This document shows, in pieces, positions 49,144 to 59,885 of a DNA stretch of 64,000 nucleotides. The translations under genes and the position numbers were made by a program. The notes below the pieces were generated by a model. That model was given only the letters and a program-made list of their open reading frames with translations. It did not search any database and was not told the DNA's origin. This DNA is from Dehalococcoidia bacterium (GTDB lineage Bacteria; Chloroflexota; Dehalococcoidia; GIF9; UBA5629). Every line of letters starts with the position of its first letter. Position 1 is the first letter of the stretch. Location: assembly GCA_003142375.1 (NCBI GenBank), contig PLME01000011.1:14599-78598 (forward strand), read 5' to 3'.

Positions 49144-49352
49144 TAGTCCCTCGGCTGTCAATCTGTTTTATATTTAATAGTTAGCAATCACAGAGTCTGA
49201 TTGCTAACTATTTATTTTAAATATATCTGTCGGGTAAGTCAAGCATCAACGCAGCTCAATATCACTTCACAGCTATTATGCGCTGTGATATACTATGAAA
49301 TTGCCCGGTCAATTGGATTGTTTCTCACTCCAGTCGGGTAACCTCTAAACAG

Positions 49353-49427
<75 letters not shown>

Positions 49428-49609
49428 ACTCTACATAATATCCATGTTTTCTGCGATCAACGCGACTAATTGATTAATCAATTTAGTTTAGACCTTTGGC
49501 TCGCGCGATTAGCCCCGTCAGACTATTGTCTCATCCGTCCTGAATCCTTATATTGATGTCTACAGGTTGGGGGCCTTAAAAGACAGCAAGTATATAAAGT
49601 CCGAAGATA

Positions 49610-51745
49610 ATGAATATAATCTCTGTATTACATTTCAGCAGCTTCATTACCAATCTATTGCTTATCACATTAGTGCTGAGCAGGAAATCCGGAGCCCTGC
49701 TTAACCGCATTTGTGCCTTTTTAATAGCCACCTTCGCATTCTGGAGCCTGTTTTCCGGTCTATATACCATGGCCGGTACCAATGAGGAAGCTACGCTGCT
49801 TCTGAATATCAGTTCTTTCGGTTGGTGCGTAACGCCGGTTGCCAGTCTTTGGTTCTATCTTGCTTTAGCCAATAAAGACAGCCTATTGAAGAACAAGGCC
49901 TTAATCACCACTACCGCACTGGTTGCAGTTGCTTTTATATATGCGCAATGGTCAGGAAACATGATTTCCGAGAGTATTCAGGCCGGCTGGGGATGGACAG
50001 GCATCTGGAAACTATCGATAGCAGCCTATGCCTTTTATATTTACTATTTCGGAGCGTCCGGCGCCTGCATTTACTTAATAATCGATTTTGGACGAAAAGC
50101 TAAGACAAATCATCAGAAAAAACAGGCCAAATTACTGATCATCACAGGTGTCACCGCCCTGGCGCTGGCAACAATCACGGATGTTGTCTTTCGTGTTGCT
50201 GATATTAGGGCTGTCCCGGATGTAGCAGATATCTTTTTTATGATCTGGGGTATCGGGATTGTATATGCTGTATCCAAGTATGGCCTGATGAGCCTCACAC
50301 CGACGGTGGCCGCTGAAACCATATTAAGCACGATCAGCGATTCCATCATCTTACTGGATGCCAGTGCTCAAATCGTATTTACCAACCGGGCGACGACGAC
50401 ATTGCTTGAGTCCAAAGACGATGATCTACATGGAGCTAGCTTCAGTTCAGTGGTCAAGGATAAAAAGGCGGCCGGAGATTTGCTTCAGGAAACACTCACG
50501 GTCGGCAGCAGCATGGACCATGAACTTTCATATTTATCTAAAAACGGCAAAGCTATACCGGTTCTTGTCTCGACTTCAGTTGTTCACGATTCAGACAACA
50601 ATATAGTAGGGTACGTTATTTCAGCTAAGGACATCACCAGGCGTAAACAGTCAGCGGAATTGATCCTGCAGGAGAAAAATTTCTCCAACGCTGTGATCGA
50701 TAGCTTGCCGGGCTTGTTCTACATTATCAACAGGGACGGCAAATTTTTACGCTGGAGTCAGAATGATTTGAAGGTGACCGGTTACACAGATGAGGATGCA
50801 CCTAATCTGAATGTACTAGACATAATTGCGCCAGAAGATAGAGAGATGATATCAGCCAAAATGCTGGAAGTGTTCAATGGTGAGGCCGACACAGCAGAAA
50901 TCAATGTTCTGACTAAAACCGGGGAGAAGATTCCATACCATATCACAGGCAAGCGTGCCTCCATAGGAGATGAAACGTATTTGTTGGGCATGGGCATAGA
51001 TATTACCGACCGTAAAAAGGCTGAAGCCGCCCTGCAAATAACCATGGACGAACTGAGATATTCCAACGAAGAGCTGCAGCAATTCGCCTATATCGCTTCA
51101 CATGATCTACAGGAACCTTTACGTATGGTCTCAAGTTACGTACAGCTTCTGGAAAAACGCTATAAGGATAGTCTGGATGCGGACGCACATGATTTCATTA
51201 ATTTTGCAGTTGCCGGCGTTAAACGCATGCAAAGCCTGATAAATGACCTTCTACAGTATTCAAGGGTTGGCACACGCGGAAAACCCTTCGAAAATACACA
51301 GTGTCAAGATGTATATGATGCTGCTGTTACTAACCTCAAAATAGCTATAAAAGAAAGCGGGGCATCGGTTAGCCGTGGTAATCTCCCTCCAGTGTTTGGC
51401 GACAGCGGCCAACTAATCCAGGTCTTGCAAAATCTGATAGGAAACGCCATAAAATATCATAATGAAAAAAGCCCGGAGATTTTCGTAGGTGCCGAAAAGA
51501 AGAACGGCAACTGGGTATTTTCGGTAATAGACAATGGCATTGGTATAGATCCCAAATTCTTCGATCGTATATTTTTGATATTCCAGCGACTGCACGGCAA
51601 CGAATACCCCGGAACAGGCGTTGGGCTGTCAATTGCAAGAAAGATTGTGCAACGCCACGGCGGGCAGATATGGGTAGAGTCAAAGCCCGGCAAAGGCAGC
51701 ACTTTTTATTTCACTATTCCGTCGAGAAAAGAAGGAGGGAACTGA
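49610..51745 (+). CDS. sensor histidine kinase: N-terminal 7TM domain, two PAS domains, HisKA, HATPase_c
   Basis: 711 aa. H-box ([12 protein letters not shown]). N, G1, G2 boxes (GNAIKYH…, [18 protein letters not shown]). Confidence 0.85.
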   Translation: MNIISVLHFSSFITNLLLITLVLSRKSGALLNRICAFLIATFAFWSLFSGLYTMAGTNEEATLLLNISSFGWCVTPVASLWFYLALANKDSLLKNKALITTTALVAVAFIYAQWSGNMISESIQAGWGWTGIWKLSIAAYAFYIYYFGASGACIYLIIDFGRKAKTNHQKKQAKLLIITGVTALALATITDVVFRVADIRAVPDVADIFFMIWGIGIVYAVSKYGLMSLTPTVAAETILSTISDSIILLDASAQIVFTNRATTTLLESKDDDLHGASFSSVVKDKKAAGDLLQETLTVGSSMDHELSYLSKNGKAIPVLVSTSVVHDSDNNIVGYVISAKDITRRKQSAELILQEKNFSNAVIDSLPGLFYIINRDGKFLRWSQNDLKVTGYTDEDAPNLNVLDIIAPEDREMISAKMLEVFNGEADTAEINVLTKTGEKIPYHITGKRASIGDETYLLGMGIDITDRKKAEAALQITMDELRYSNEELQQFAYIASHDLQEPLRMVSSYVQLLEKRYKDSLDADAHDFINFAVAGVKRMQSLINDLLQYSRVGTRGKPFENTQCQDVYDAAVTNLKIAIKESGASVSRGNLPPVFGDSGQLIQVLQNLIGNAIKYHNEKSPEIFVGAEKKNGNWVFSVIDNGIGIDPKFFDRIFLIFQRLHGNEYPGTGVGLSIARKIVQRHGGQIWVESKPGKGSTFYFTIPSRKEGGN

Positions 51746-52197
51746 TGGCAACAGATATTGCTGGCAAACCGGTTGATGTGTTGCTGGTGGAAGACAACCC
51801 GGGGGATGTCCGGCTTACCCGTGAAGCGCTGAAAGATGCGAAATTGGCCATTAATCTGCATGTGGCCGGAGATGGCGTGGAAGCTATGGCTTTTCTAAGA
51901 CACGAGAGGGAATATGCTTCAAAACCTCGCCCTGATTTGATTTTGCTGGATTTAAATTTGCCGAAGAAGGACGGCAGGGAGGTGCTGGCGGATATAAAGA
52001 ATGACAGTGATTTAAGGCGTATCCCCGTGGTTATAGTCACAACATCCAAAGCGGAAGAGGATATTTTAAAGTCCTACGATCTTCATGCCAACTGCTATGT
52101 CACCAAGCCGCTGGACCTGGATCAGTTTATCACAGTAGTACACTCCATCGAACAATTCTGGTTAACTATTGTGAAATTGCCCGCGGATGGTAAATAA
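51745..52197 (+). CDS. CheY-like single-domain response regulator
   Basis: Start overlaps the HK stop (TGATG). Receiver Asp motifs (LLVEDNPGD…LILLDLNLP). Confidence 0.8.
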   Translation: MATDIAGKPVDVLLVEDNPGDVRLTREALKDAKLAINLHVAGDGVEAMAFLRHEREYASKPRPDLILLDLNLPKKDGREVLADIKNDSDLRRIPVVIVTTSKAEEDILKSYDLHANCYVTKPLDLDQFITVVHSIEQFWLTIVKLPADGK

Positions 52198-52218
52198 ACT
52201 GTAAATATTAGCGAGCCG

Positions 52219-54735
52219 ATGAACAATCATCCAATCAATATTTTGCTGGTAGAGGATAACCCAGCCGATGCCCGGCTAATCTTTGAGCTATTAAAAGATG
52301 GTTGGGGCGGTAGATATGAACTTGCGCATGTTGACCGGTTCGCTAAAGCAAAGGAACGCCTGCAAAAGGACATGGTCGATATAGTACTTCTTGACCTCAG
52401 CCTCCCTGACAGCCACGGTTTAGATACGATCACCGGGTTGAATGGCCATACCGATAAAATGCCTATCATCGTGCTTACAGGTTTGGACGACCAGGCACTG
52501 GCAGTCACGGCACTGCAGGCCGGAGCGCAGGACTACCTGGTAAAAGGCCAGGTGGACGGTGAGCTGTTATGGAGATCTATGCGCTATGCCATAGAACGCA
52601 AAAAGGCTGAGGTGGCGCAGAACGAAAGCGAGGAAAAGTACCGTTCTATACTGGAGGAAATGGGCGAAGATTACCACGAACTCGATTCCAGGGGCAACTT
52701 AACATTCTTCAATGATACGCTGTGCCGTCTGCTTGGATACACCAGGGGTGAACTCGACGGCATGAATTATAAGAAATATACGCCACAGGAGTCCTGGAAG
52801 GATATAGTTGCGACTCATTCTGAGGTTTTTCGCACAGGTAAACCGCGTTTTGCATATCCAATGGAGGAAATAAGAAAGGACGGCACCAGGATTTTTGTGG
52901 AAGAATCCATTTTCCCGCTGAGAAATAAAGAAGGTGTCATCACAGGTTTACGCGTCATAAGCAGGGATGTGACCCAACGTAAACGGTCCGAGGAAATGGT
53001 CCAGCGGACGCAGAAAGACCTGCAATTGATGGTTGACTCACTGCCGTTCGGTATCATCATCATTAATGCAGAAGACCGCAAAATTCGCCATGCCAATCAT
53101 ACGGCGCTTGAGATGGCAGGCTATAAATCAATGGAACAGCTTGCAGACATGGTATGTCACAAGACGCTGTGCATGGACCCCGAAGGACAATGCCCAATGC
53201 TGGATCTGGGTCAACAGATAGACAGATCTGAAAGAGTACTGGTGACCAGGACCGGTAAAAAGGTACCAATCCTGAAAACTGTAATCAGGCTGCGGATTGA
53301 TGACGAAGATGTGTTGCTTGAATCTTTTGTAAACATATCCCGGCAAAAAATAACAGAGACGGCGCTTAAGCATTCCAATGACTATCTGGAGAAACTTATT
53401 AATAATGGTAATGCACCCATCATGGTCTGGGACCCTGAATACCGCATAACCCGCTTTAACCGCGCCTTTGAATTTCTCACCGGGTATAGTGCTGACTATG
53501 CGCTGGGAAAGAAACTGGATATATTATTCCCCGCCGATAAACGCGATGAGTTGATGGAGCACATTAAACATGTCACTGACGGGGAGAGTGGGGAGAGGTG
53601 GGAATCACAGGAAATTCCCGTTTTATGTGCTGATGGCACTACACGCACAATTCTATGGAATGTTGCTTCGTTATATGCCGAAGATGGCGAGACGGTGATA
53701 TCTACCATTGCCCAGGGCCTGGATATCACCGAACGCTTAAAAGCCGAGAAAGAGATCCAAGAGCGTGAAAGATTATACCGTACACTCATCGAGACCTCTC
53801 CGGATGCCATCTGCCTGCTGGATTTAAATGCAAATATCATTATGCACAACAAACAGGTATTGGAAGTGTTCGGAATTAACCTGTCTGAGGATTTAAAGGG
53901 TAAGAATGTAATGGATCTGGTGATCCCGGGGCATCACGAAGATATGCTCTACAAAACCGAACTTATTACTAAGAATGGAAATATTAGAAACTTGGAGATG
54001 GAAAGCTATAAGATAAACGGGCAGCCGTTCTATATGGAGCTTAGCTCTTCCATACTTCTGGATGAGGAGCAGAAACCGAAATCAGTGCTAGTTGTTTTTA
54101 AAGATATAACCAGCCGTAAATCGGGTGAAGTTGAGCTCGCCAAAAGTTACGAAAAAGTGCGGAAAACACTCAACGACGCCATCAATACACTGGTCAAAGT
54201 CGTGGAAATGAGGGACCCGTATACTGCAGGCCATCAACAGCGGGTAGCCGCCCTGGCCATTGCCATAGCGAAGCAGTTGCAGTTTGATGAACAGCGTATA
54301 GAAGATCTGAGGATGGCGGCAATAATACACGATATCGGTAAGATATATGTTCCGGCGGACATGCTCAGCAAGCCCGGCAAATTAACCGACCTTGAATTTG
54401 AAATAATCAAAACACATGCCAAGGGCGGCTACGATATTGTAAAAAGCATGGATTTCCCCTGTAAAATTGCCCAGGCAATTCTACAGCATCATGAAAGGTT
54501 AAACGGCTCGGGATATCCGCACGGGCTAAAGGACGATGATATCATTTTCGAGGCCAGGATACTGGCTGTGGCGGACGTCGTCGAAGCTATGGCTTCCCAT
54601 CGTCCTTACAGGCCGGGAATGGGCATCGATAAGGCTCTGGATGAAATAAGGCAAAACGCAGGAAAAATATACGATCCTGAGGTAGCAGATGCCTGTATAA
54701 AGCTTTTCAGCGAAGAAGGGTTCAGGTTCGAGTAA
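52219..54735 (+). CDS. response regulator with REC, PAS/PAC x3-4 and HD-GYP phosphodiesterase domains
   Basis: 838 aa. REC (ILLVEDNPADARL…IVLLDLSLPD). PAS repeats. HD-GYP (…AAIIHDIGK… HHERLNGSGYP). Confidence 0.8.
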   Translation: MNNHPINILLVEDNPADARLIFELLKDGWGGRYELAHVDRFAKAKERLQKDMVDIVLLDLSLPDSHGLDTITGLNGHTDKMPIIVLTGLDDQALAVTALQAGAQDYLVKGQVDGELLWRSMRYAIERKKAEVAQNESEEKYRSILEEMGEDYHELDSRGNLTFFNDTLCRLLGYTRGELDGMNYKKYTPQESWKDIVATHSEVFRTGKPRFAYPMEEIRKDGTRIFVEESIFPLRNKEGVITGLRVISRDVTQRKRSEEMVQRTQKDLQLMVDSLPFGIIIINAEDRKIRHANHTALEMAGYKSMEQLADMVCHKTLCMDPEGQCPMLDLGQQIDRSERVLVTRTGKKVPILKTVIRLRIDDEDVLLESFVNISRQKITETALKHSNDYLEKLINNGNAPIMVWDPEYRITRFNRAFEFLTGYSADYALGKKLDILFPADKRDELMEHIKHVTDGESGERWESQEIPVLCADGTTRTILWNVASLYAEDGETVISTIAQGLDITERLKAEKEIQERERLYRTLIETSPDAICLLDLNANIIMHNKQVLEVFGINLSEDLKGKNVMDLVIPGHHEDMLYKTELITKNGNIRNLEMESYKINGQPFYMELSSSILLDEEQKPKSVLVVFKDITSRKSGEVELAKSYEKVRKTLNDAINTLVKVVEMRDPYTAGHQQRVAALAIAIAKQLQFDEQRIEDLRMAAIIHDIGKIYVPADMLSKPGKLTDLEFEIIKTHAKGGYDIVKSMDFPCKIAQAILQHHERLNGSGYPHGLKDDDIIFEARILAVADVVEAMASHRPYRPGMGIDKALDEIRQNAGKIYDPEVADACIKLFSEEGFRFE

Positions 54736-54756
54736 AGCCCTTATCTTATAGAATTA

Positions 54757-55674
54757 TTAGCGTTCTTTCAAAAAACTGAAGGCTGATTTTGCAGATGTAG
54801 CGCCGTCGCCTACGGCGGTGGCAACCTGACGGGCGGAGTTCCTTCGGACATCTCCAGCGCTAAATATGCCAGGCACGCTGGTACGCATTGATTCATCGGT
54901 AACAATATTGTTATTTTGGTCCATCTCAACTAAACCCATGAAGAGGGCGCTGTTGGGTATCAAACCTATGGCGACAAAGAGGCCATCGACTTGAAGGGCA
55001 GATTTCTCTCCGGATTTCACATTTTTCAAATTTATATGGCTGAGCTTATCCTGGCCTTCTAGGCTTTCAACAACTGAGTCCCATTTAAATTGAATTTTGG
55101 GAATAGAAAAGGCAAGCTTCTGGACAACACTGCTAGCCCGGAGCTGATCACGCCTGTGAATAATATAGACTTTGCCTGCATGCTGGCTAAGCTCCAGTGC
55201 ATCCGTAACAGCCGTGTCGCCTCCACCCACTACCGCCACATCTTTATTTTTGAAAAGAAACCCATCACAAGTAGCGCAGTACGATACACCCCGGCCTGTC
55301 AGTCTGGTCTCTCCATCAACGCCAATCTTACGGTAGTTTGACCCGGTGGCTATGATGACCGATATTGCGGTAATGAATCCGTCATCCATTGTAATTTCGA
55401 ATTTATCTGAGGCATGTTTAAATCCGGTAACTTCACCAACTGTGCTTGTTAGCCCGAAACGGGATGCCTGCTCGTACATCAGCCGGCCCAGCTCCATACC
55501 TGAAACGCCCTCGGGAAAACCAGGGTAATTTTCGACATATCCGGCATTCACAATTTGACCCCCAAACAAGCCTCGTTCGATAAGGATGGTACTAAGTCCA
55601 TATCTGGAAGCGTACAGACCGGCTGTGAGACCGGCGGGGCCTCCACCGATTATAGCCACTTCATATTCTTTCAT
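54757..55674 (-). CDS. trxB: thioredoxin-disulfide reductase
   Basis: FAD motif (IIGGGPAG). Redox CATC (YCATCDGF). NADPH GGGD motif. GGAGG RBS at MKEYEVAI. Confidence 0.85.
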   Translation of the reverse strand: MKEYEVAIIGGGPAGLTAGLYASRYGLSTILIERGLFGGQIVNAGYVENYPGFPEGVSGMELGRLMYEQASRFGLTSTVGEVTGFKHASDKFEITMDDGFITAISVIIATGSNYRKIGVDGETRLTGRGVSYCATCDGFLFKNKDVAVVGGGDTAVTDALELSQHAGKVYIIHRRDQLRASSVVQKLAFSIPKIQFKWDSVVESLEGQDKLSHINLKNVKSGEKSALQVDGLFVAIGLIPNSALFMGLVEMDQNNNIVTDESMRTSVPGIFSAGDVRRNSARQVATAVGDGATSAKSAFSFLKER

Positions 55675-55707
55675 TACCCCTCCTTCAAAACACAAGACAT
55701 AATGTGT

Positions 55708-56673
55708 TTATTGGCGGCCGTGGTATTTAGTGTATTCTTCCTTTAAGTGCTTATTGGTGACGTGTGTATAGACTTGCGTAGTACGGATGCTTTCATGCCC
55801 CAGCATTTCCTGCACAGAGCGCAGGTCTGCGCCCGAAATCAGCAAATCTGTGGCAAAGGAATGTCTAAGGGTATGCGGGTGCGCATCGATGGGTAGACCG
55901 GCCTTTTTGGAGTATTTTTTAACTATGCGCTCAACCGAACGGGCGGTTAATCTCATTTTTTCACCGGCTTTATCGTTAATTTTTCGGCCCCCATATCTGA
56001 TGAATAGTGGCAAATAGCTATCTTTTCTCACGTCAAGGTAGCGTTTAATCCAGTCAGCGGCGATATCGGACAGGAAGACTACACGTATTTTATTGCCTTT
56101 GCCTCTGACCCCGAATTCTTTCCTGTCCAGATTAATCTGATCGCGGTTAAGCTTTACCAGTTCTGATACCCTCAAACCGGTGCTGAACAGGGTTTCCAGT
56201 ATGGTCCTGTCTCTTAACCCAGCGTCATCAGATATCTCGGGACTGGCCATTAAGCGGATCAATTGCTCATTGTTAAGAAAATTGACCATGCGCGGATTCG
56301 CCTTCGGAAGGTCGATTTTCTCGGGATTCAGGACGTCAATATCGCGTTTCACACCAAGATAGCGAAGAAAAGAGCGTAGAGCAACAATATGATAGGTCTG
56401 GGTATTTTTATTAAGCTGTTTGCCGTTCTTGGCCCGGAAAGAAGCTAGATAAATACGGAATCTTCTGACTGTATCCAAATTGATGGAAGAAGGGGAAAGG
56501 GGTAAAGAGTTTTCTTCAAGCCAGGTGATAAAACGGGATAAATAGTGCTTGTATTCCAAAATAGTTAACTGGGATAGGGATTTTTCAATGAGCATGTAAT
56601 CAAGGAAATCATCGGCAAGCAACTTTAGAGTTTGGATATTGATTGGATCAGCCATATTATTATTATAATTCAC
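55708..56673 (-). CDS. tyrosine site-specific recombinase, XerC/XerD family
   Basis: SAM-like N-domain. C-terminal R…HxxR…Y (HTLRHSFATDLL…TQVYTHV). Confidence 0.75.
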   Translation of the reverse strand: MNYNNNMADPINIQTLKLLADDFLDYMLIEKSLSQLTILEYKHYLSRFITWLEENSLPLSPSSINLDTVRRFRIYLASFRAKNGKQLNKNTQTYHIVALRSFLRYLGVKRDIDVLNPEKIDLPKANPRMVNFLNNEQLIRLMASPEISDDAGLRDRTILETLFSTGLRVSELVKLNRDQINLDRKEFGVRGKGNKIRVVFLSDIAADWIKRYLDVRKDSYLPLFIRYGGRKINDKAGEKMRLTARSVERIVKKYSKKAGLPIDAHPHTLRHSFATDLLISGADLRSVQEMLGHESIRTTQVYTHVTNKHLKEEYTKYHGRQ

Positions 56674-56738
56674 TGCTGCTAATGTCGCAAAAGTATCAAT
56701 TTACGACGTTGTTATTTTAGTTAGACGATTCTAGCCCA

Positions 56739-57860
56739 TTACAACAATTTCTGGACTTTCTCGAGCAGATCGGCCAGATTCCAGCCATTTTGAGCGGAAA
56801 TAACTACGGTGGCTTCCGGAGGAGATTTAATTGTTATAGTTAGATCAGCGGATTCCTCCATACTTTCTACCAGCAGGTCTATCTTATTGATCACGGTAAT
56901 CCTTGGTTTGGTATCCACCTTGAGCTGCCGAAGAATTTCCTCCACTGTTTGTGATTGGCTTACAGCATCAGGACTCGTTATGTCAACGATGTGTAGCAAT
57001 AGATCAGCTTGGTCAAGCTCTTCCAGGGTGGCATGAAAAGCCGCCACGATCAAGGGCGGCAATTTATGGATGAATCCTACGGTATCGGTCAATAAAATGT
57101 TTCTACCGTCCGGCAGATGCAACTTCCGCGTTACCGGGTCCAGCGTCGAAAACAGTTTGTTTTCCACTAATACATCAGATTTGCACAATGCATTTAATAG
57201 TGTGCTCTTACCTGCGTTTGTATACCCGACCAGTGCAACCAGGGGCGTATGGCTCTTTTCCCTTTTCCGTCGATAAAGATCACGGTGCTTCCTGACCGCT
57301 TCGATCTGTCTCTTTATGTTGCTTATGCGCTTCCTTATCAGTTGTCTATCGGTTTCTATCTGAGATTCGCCCGGCCCCCTGGTACCAATGCCCCCGCCCA
57401 GCCTTTCAAGGTGGCTCCATTGTCCTGCCAGCCTGGGCAGCAGATATTCGTGTTGCGCCAGCTCTACTTGGAGCTTACCTTCCTTAGTCCTGGCGCTGCG
57501 CGCAAATATATCCAGGATAAGCGCGGTTCTATCGATCACTTTAACGCCCAGGGCTTCTTCCAGGTTTCGCTGCTGCCTGGGTCGCAATTCATCATTGAAG
57601 ATAGCAGTGTCGTAGTTAAGGGTGGACTTTAAGTCCACTAGCTGTTGCAACCTTCCTGAGCCGATATAATGCGTCGAGGAAGGCTTTTCGAGCTTCTGGA
57701 TGACCCTGCCCACTACCCTTGAACCCGCCGTTTTGGCAAGTTGAGCGAGCTCTTCCATGGAACTGTCCAATTCCCATCCGTGCCGCAGATCGTGGGATCC
57801 TACCCCCACCAGCACAGATCGTTCTTGCTTTTCACCCGTGCTGATTATTTCTTTGGTCAT
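56739..57860 (-). CDS. hflX: GTPase HflX
   Basis: HflX N-domain plus G-domain (GYTNAGKSTLLNAL; DTVGF; NKID). Confidence 0.85.
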   Translation of the reverse strand: MTKEIISTGEKQERSVLVGVGSHDLRHGWELDSSMEELAQLAKTAGSRVVGRVIQKLEKPSSTHYIGSGRLQQLVDLKSTLNYDTAIFNDELRPRQQRNLEEALGVKVIDRTALILDIFARSARTKEGKLQVELAQHEYLLPRLAGQWSHLERLGGGIGTRGPGESQIETDRQLIRKRISNIKRQIEAVRKHRDLYRRKREKSHTPLVALVGYTNAGKSTLLNALCKSDVLVENKLFSTLDPVTRKLHLPDGRNILLTDTVGFIHKLPPLIVAAFHATLEELDQADLLLHIVDITSPDAVSQSQTVEEILRQLKVDTKPRITVINKIDLLVESMEESADLTITIKSPPEATVVISAQNGWNLADLLEKVQKLL

Positions 57861-57879
57861 ATGGAGTATCGATCCCGTG

Positions 57880-59043
57880 CTATTTCGCCCTGAGGGTAAG
57901 CAGACGCCTTATGCCTTCATTAAACCTATCATCAGGCTGGGTTATGGATAACCTTACGTAGCCTTCCCCCGATTTTCCATAGCCGGTCCCCGGCGTAACC
58001 GCCACACCTGCTTTGTCCAGCAATTCAGCCGTATATTGGGCCGAAGTGTACCCTGACGGTATCCTAGCCCAGATGTAGAAACTGGCCATTGGCTTAGTGA
58101 CCTTCAGGCCGATTTCCTCCAGGGCTTTGACCAGCTTATCCCGCCGCTGTTGATATTTTTGATTCCGTATAGGTATATCATCCTGCTTGCCTGTCAGGGC
58201 CTCAATGGCAGCAATCTGTATGGCCTGCGGTATTCCTGAATCAAGGTTCGACTTAAAACGGAATAAGGCATCAACCATTGTGTGGTTGCCGACTACCATG
58301 CCTATCCTCCAGCCGGTCATATTATAGGTCTTGGAAAGCGAGTGGAACTCAACCCCCACCTCTTTCGCTCCAGGCGTCTCGAGAAAGCTGTGAGGTCTGT
58401 AGCCATCGAAAGCAACTTCAGTGTAAGGAGCATCGTGACAGACGGCAATATCATTTTTCTTTGCGAAAGCAACTACCTTTTCAAAGAATTCTGGGCCCGC
58501 TACAGCGCCGGTCGGATTATTGGGGTAGCATAGCCAGATGACCCTGGCCTTTTTCAAAATGTCTGCGGGTATGACCTCCAGGTCCGGCAGAAAAGCCCTG
58601 CTTTCTACCAGTGGTAAATAGTAAACCTCGCCGCCGGCCAGCAAACTGCTGATAGAATACACCGGATAGCCCGGGTCGGGCACCAGTGCCACATCTCCGG
58701 GGTCCAGCAGGCAAAAAGACATATGCCCGACGCCTTCTTTGGAGCCGATAAGCGGTAAGACCTCTTTTGCCGGGTCCAGGACAACATTAAAACGCCTCCT
58801 GTACCAGCCAGCGATAGCCTGGCACAGCTCCGGCATACCGAATGTTTCCGGATAGCGGTGGTTGACGGGGTCATGTGCAGCGGCACAAAGGCTGCGAATA
58901 ATGTGTTCTGGTGTCGGGCTATCGGGGTCTCCGATAGCAAAACTAATGACATCTTCCCCGCGTGCCTTTTTTTCAGCTATTTTCCGGCTGATTTCAACAA
59001 ACAAATATGGAGGTATCTTATCCAAACGATTTGCGAGTTTCAT
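57880..59043 (-). CDS. dapL: LL-diaminopimelate aminotransferase (class I/II aminotransferase)
   Basis: 387-aa PLP aminotransferase. Immediately upstream of dapF and overlapping it. Confidence 0.7.
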   Translation of the reverse strand: MKLANRLDKIPPYLFVEISRKIAEKKARGEDVISFAIGDPDSPTPEHIIRSLCAAAHDPVNHRYPETFGMPELCQAIAGWYRRRFNVVLDPAKEVLPLIGSKEGVGHMSFCLLDPGDVALVPDPGYPVYSISSLLAGGEVYYLPLVESRAFLPDLEVIPADILKKARVIWLCYPNNPTGAVAGPEFFEKVVAFAKKNDIAVCHDAPYTEVAFDGYRPHSFLETPGAKEVGVEFHSLSKTYNMTGWRIGMVVGNHTMVDALFRFKSNLDSGIPQAIQIAAIEALTGKQDDIPIRNQKYQQRRDKLVKALEEIGLKVTKPMASFYIWARIPSGYTSAQYTAELLDKAGVAVTPGTGYGKSGEGYVRLSITQPDDRFNEGIRRLLTLRAK

Positions 59044-59885
59044 AGTTCAAAAACTCCCGAAAATACATCCTCAACGGGGCCTTCCAAGTATACGTCGCCT
59101 TTACCATCCCAGCTGATTATAAGTGTGCCCCCTGGTATCTTTATGTCAACTGTTTCTCCTGTTATATTCTTAAGCTTGCTTATAACTGCGACTGCGCAGG
59201 CGCCGCTGCCGCAGGCCAGGGTTTCACCTACTCCCCTTTCCCAAATTCTCACCTGCAGGCTTCTGCCGTCTACTATGTTAACGATTTCAAAATTGGTCCG
59301 CTGCGGAAATAAGCTATGATGCTCGACCAGGGGACCGACTGTTAACAATGGGAATTTATCCACACTGTCCTTGATAAAACAGACAGCGTGAGGATTACCC
59401 ATGGAGACGAAGGAAAGTTCGATATCCTGGCCGTCGACCTGTACGAGTTGATCGAGTATAGGGCCATCACCATTTATAGCAACTGGAATTTCCTTTCCCT
59501 TCAAAATAGGCTTCCCCATATTCACACGTGCCCGGATCACCTCGCCATGCTCCGATACGGTTTCGACCTTCTTTTTGCCAGCCGCCGTCTCTATTGTGAG
59601 ATCAGGTCCCTTCACCAACTTTCTATCAATAGCATATTTGGCAAAACAACGCAGGCCGTTACCGCATATTTGCGCCTCGGACCCGTCGGCATTAAATATA
59701 CGCATCTTAAGGTCGGCAACACTGGAATTATCAATGGTGATCAGGCCATCAGCACCTATCCCAAAATGATTTCTGCAAATATCGTTGGAGAGTTTGCTCC
59801 AATCCATATCCATGTTCCGCGCATCAACCATTATGAAATCGTTGCCTGTGCCCTGCATCTTCACAAATTCAAGCTTCTTACTCAT
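59040..59885 (-). CDS. dapF: diaminopimelate epimerase
   Basis: MQGTGNDFIMVD … two active-site Cys (GNGLRC; CGSGACA). Confidence 0.85.
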   Translation of the reverse strand: MSKKLEFVKMQGTGNDFIMVDARNMDMDWSKLSNDICRNHFGIGADGLITIDNSSVADLKMRIFNADGSEAQICGNGLRCFAKYAIDRKLVKGPDLTIETAAGKKKVETVSEHGEVIRARVNMGKPILKGKEIPVAINGDGPILDQLVQVDGQDIELSFVSMGNPHAVCFIKDSVDKFPLLTVGPLVEHHSLFPQRTNFEIVNIVDGRSLQVRIWERGVGETLACGSGACAVAVISKLKNITGETVDIKIPGGTLIISWDGKGDVYLEGPVEDVFSGVFEL

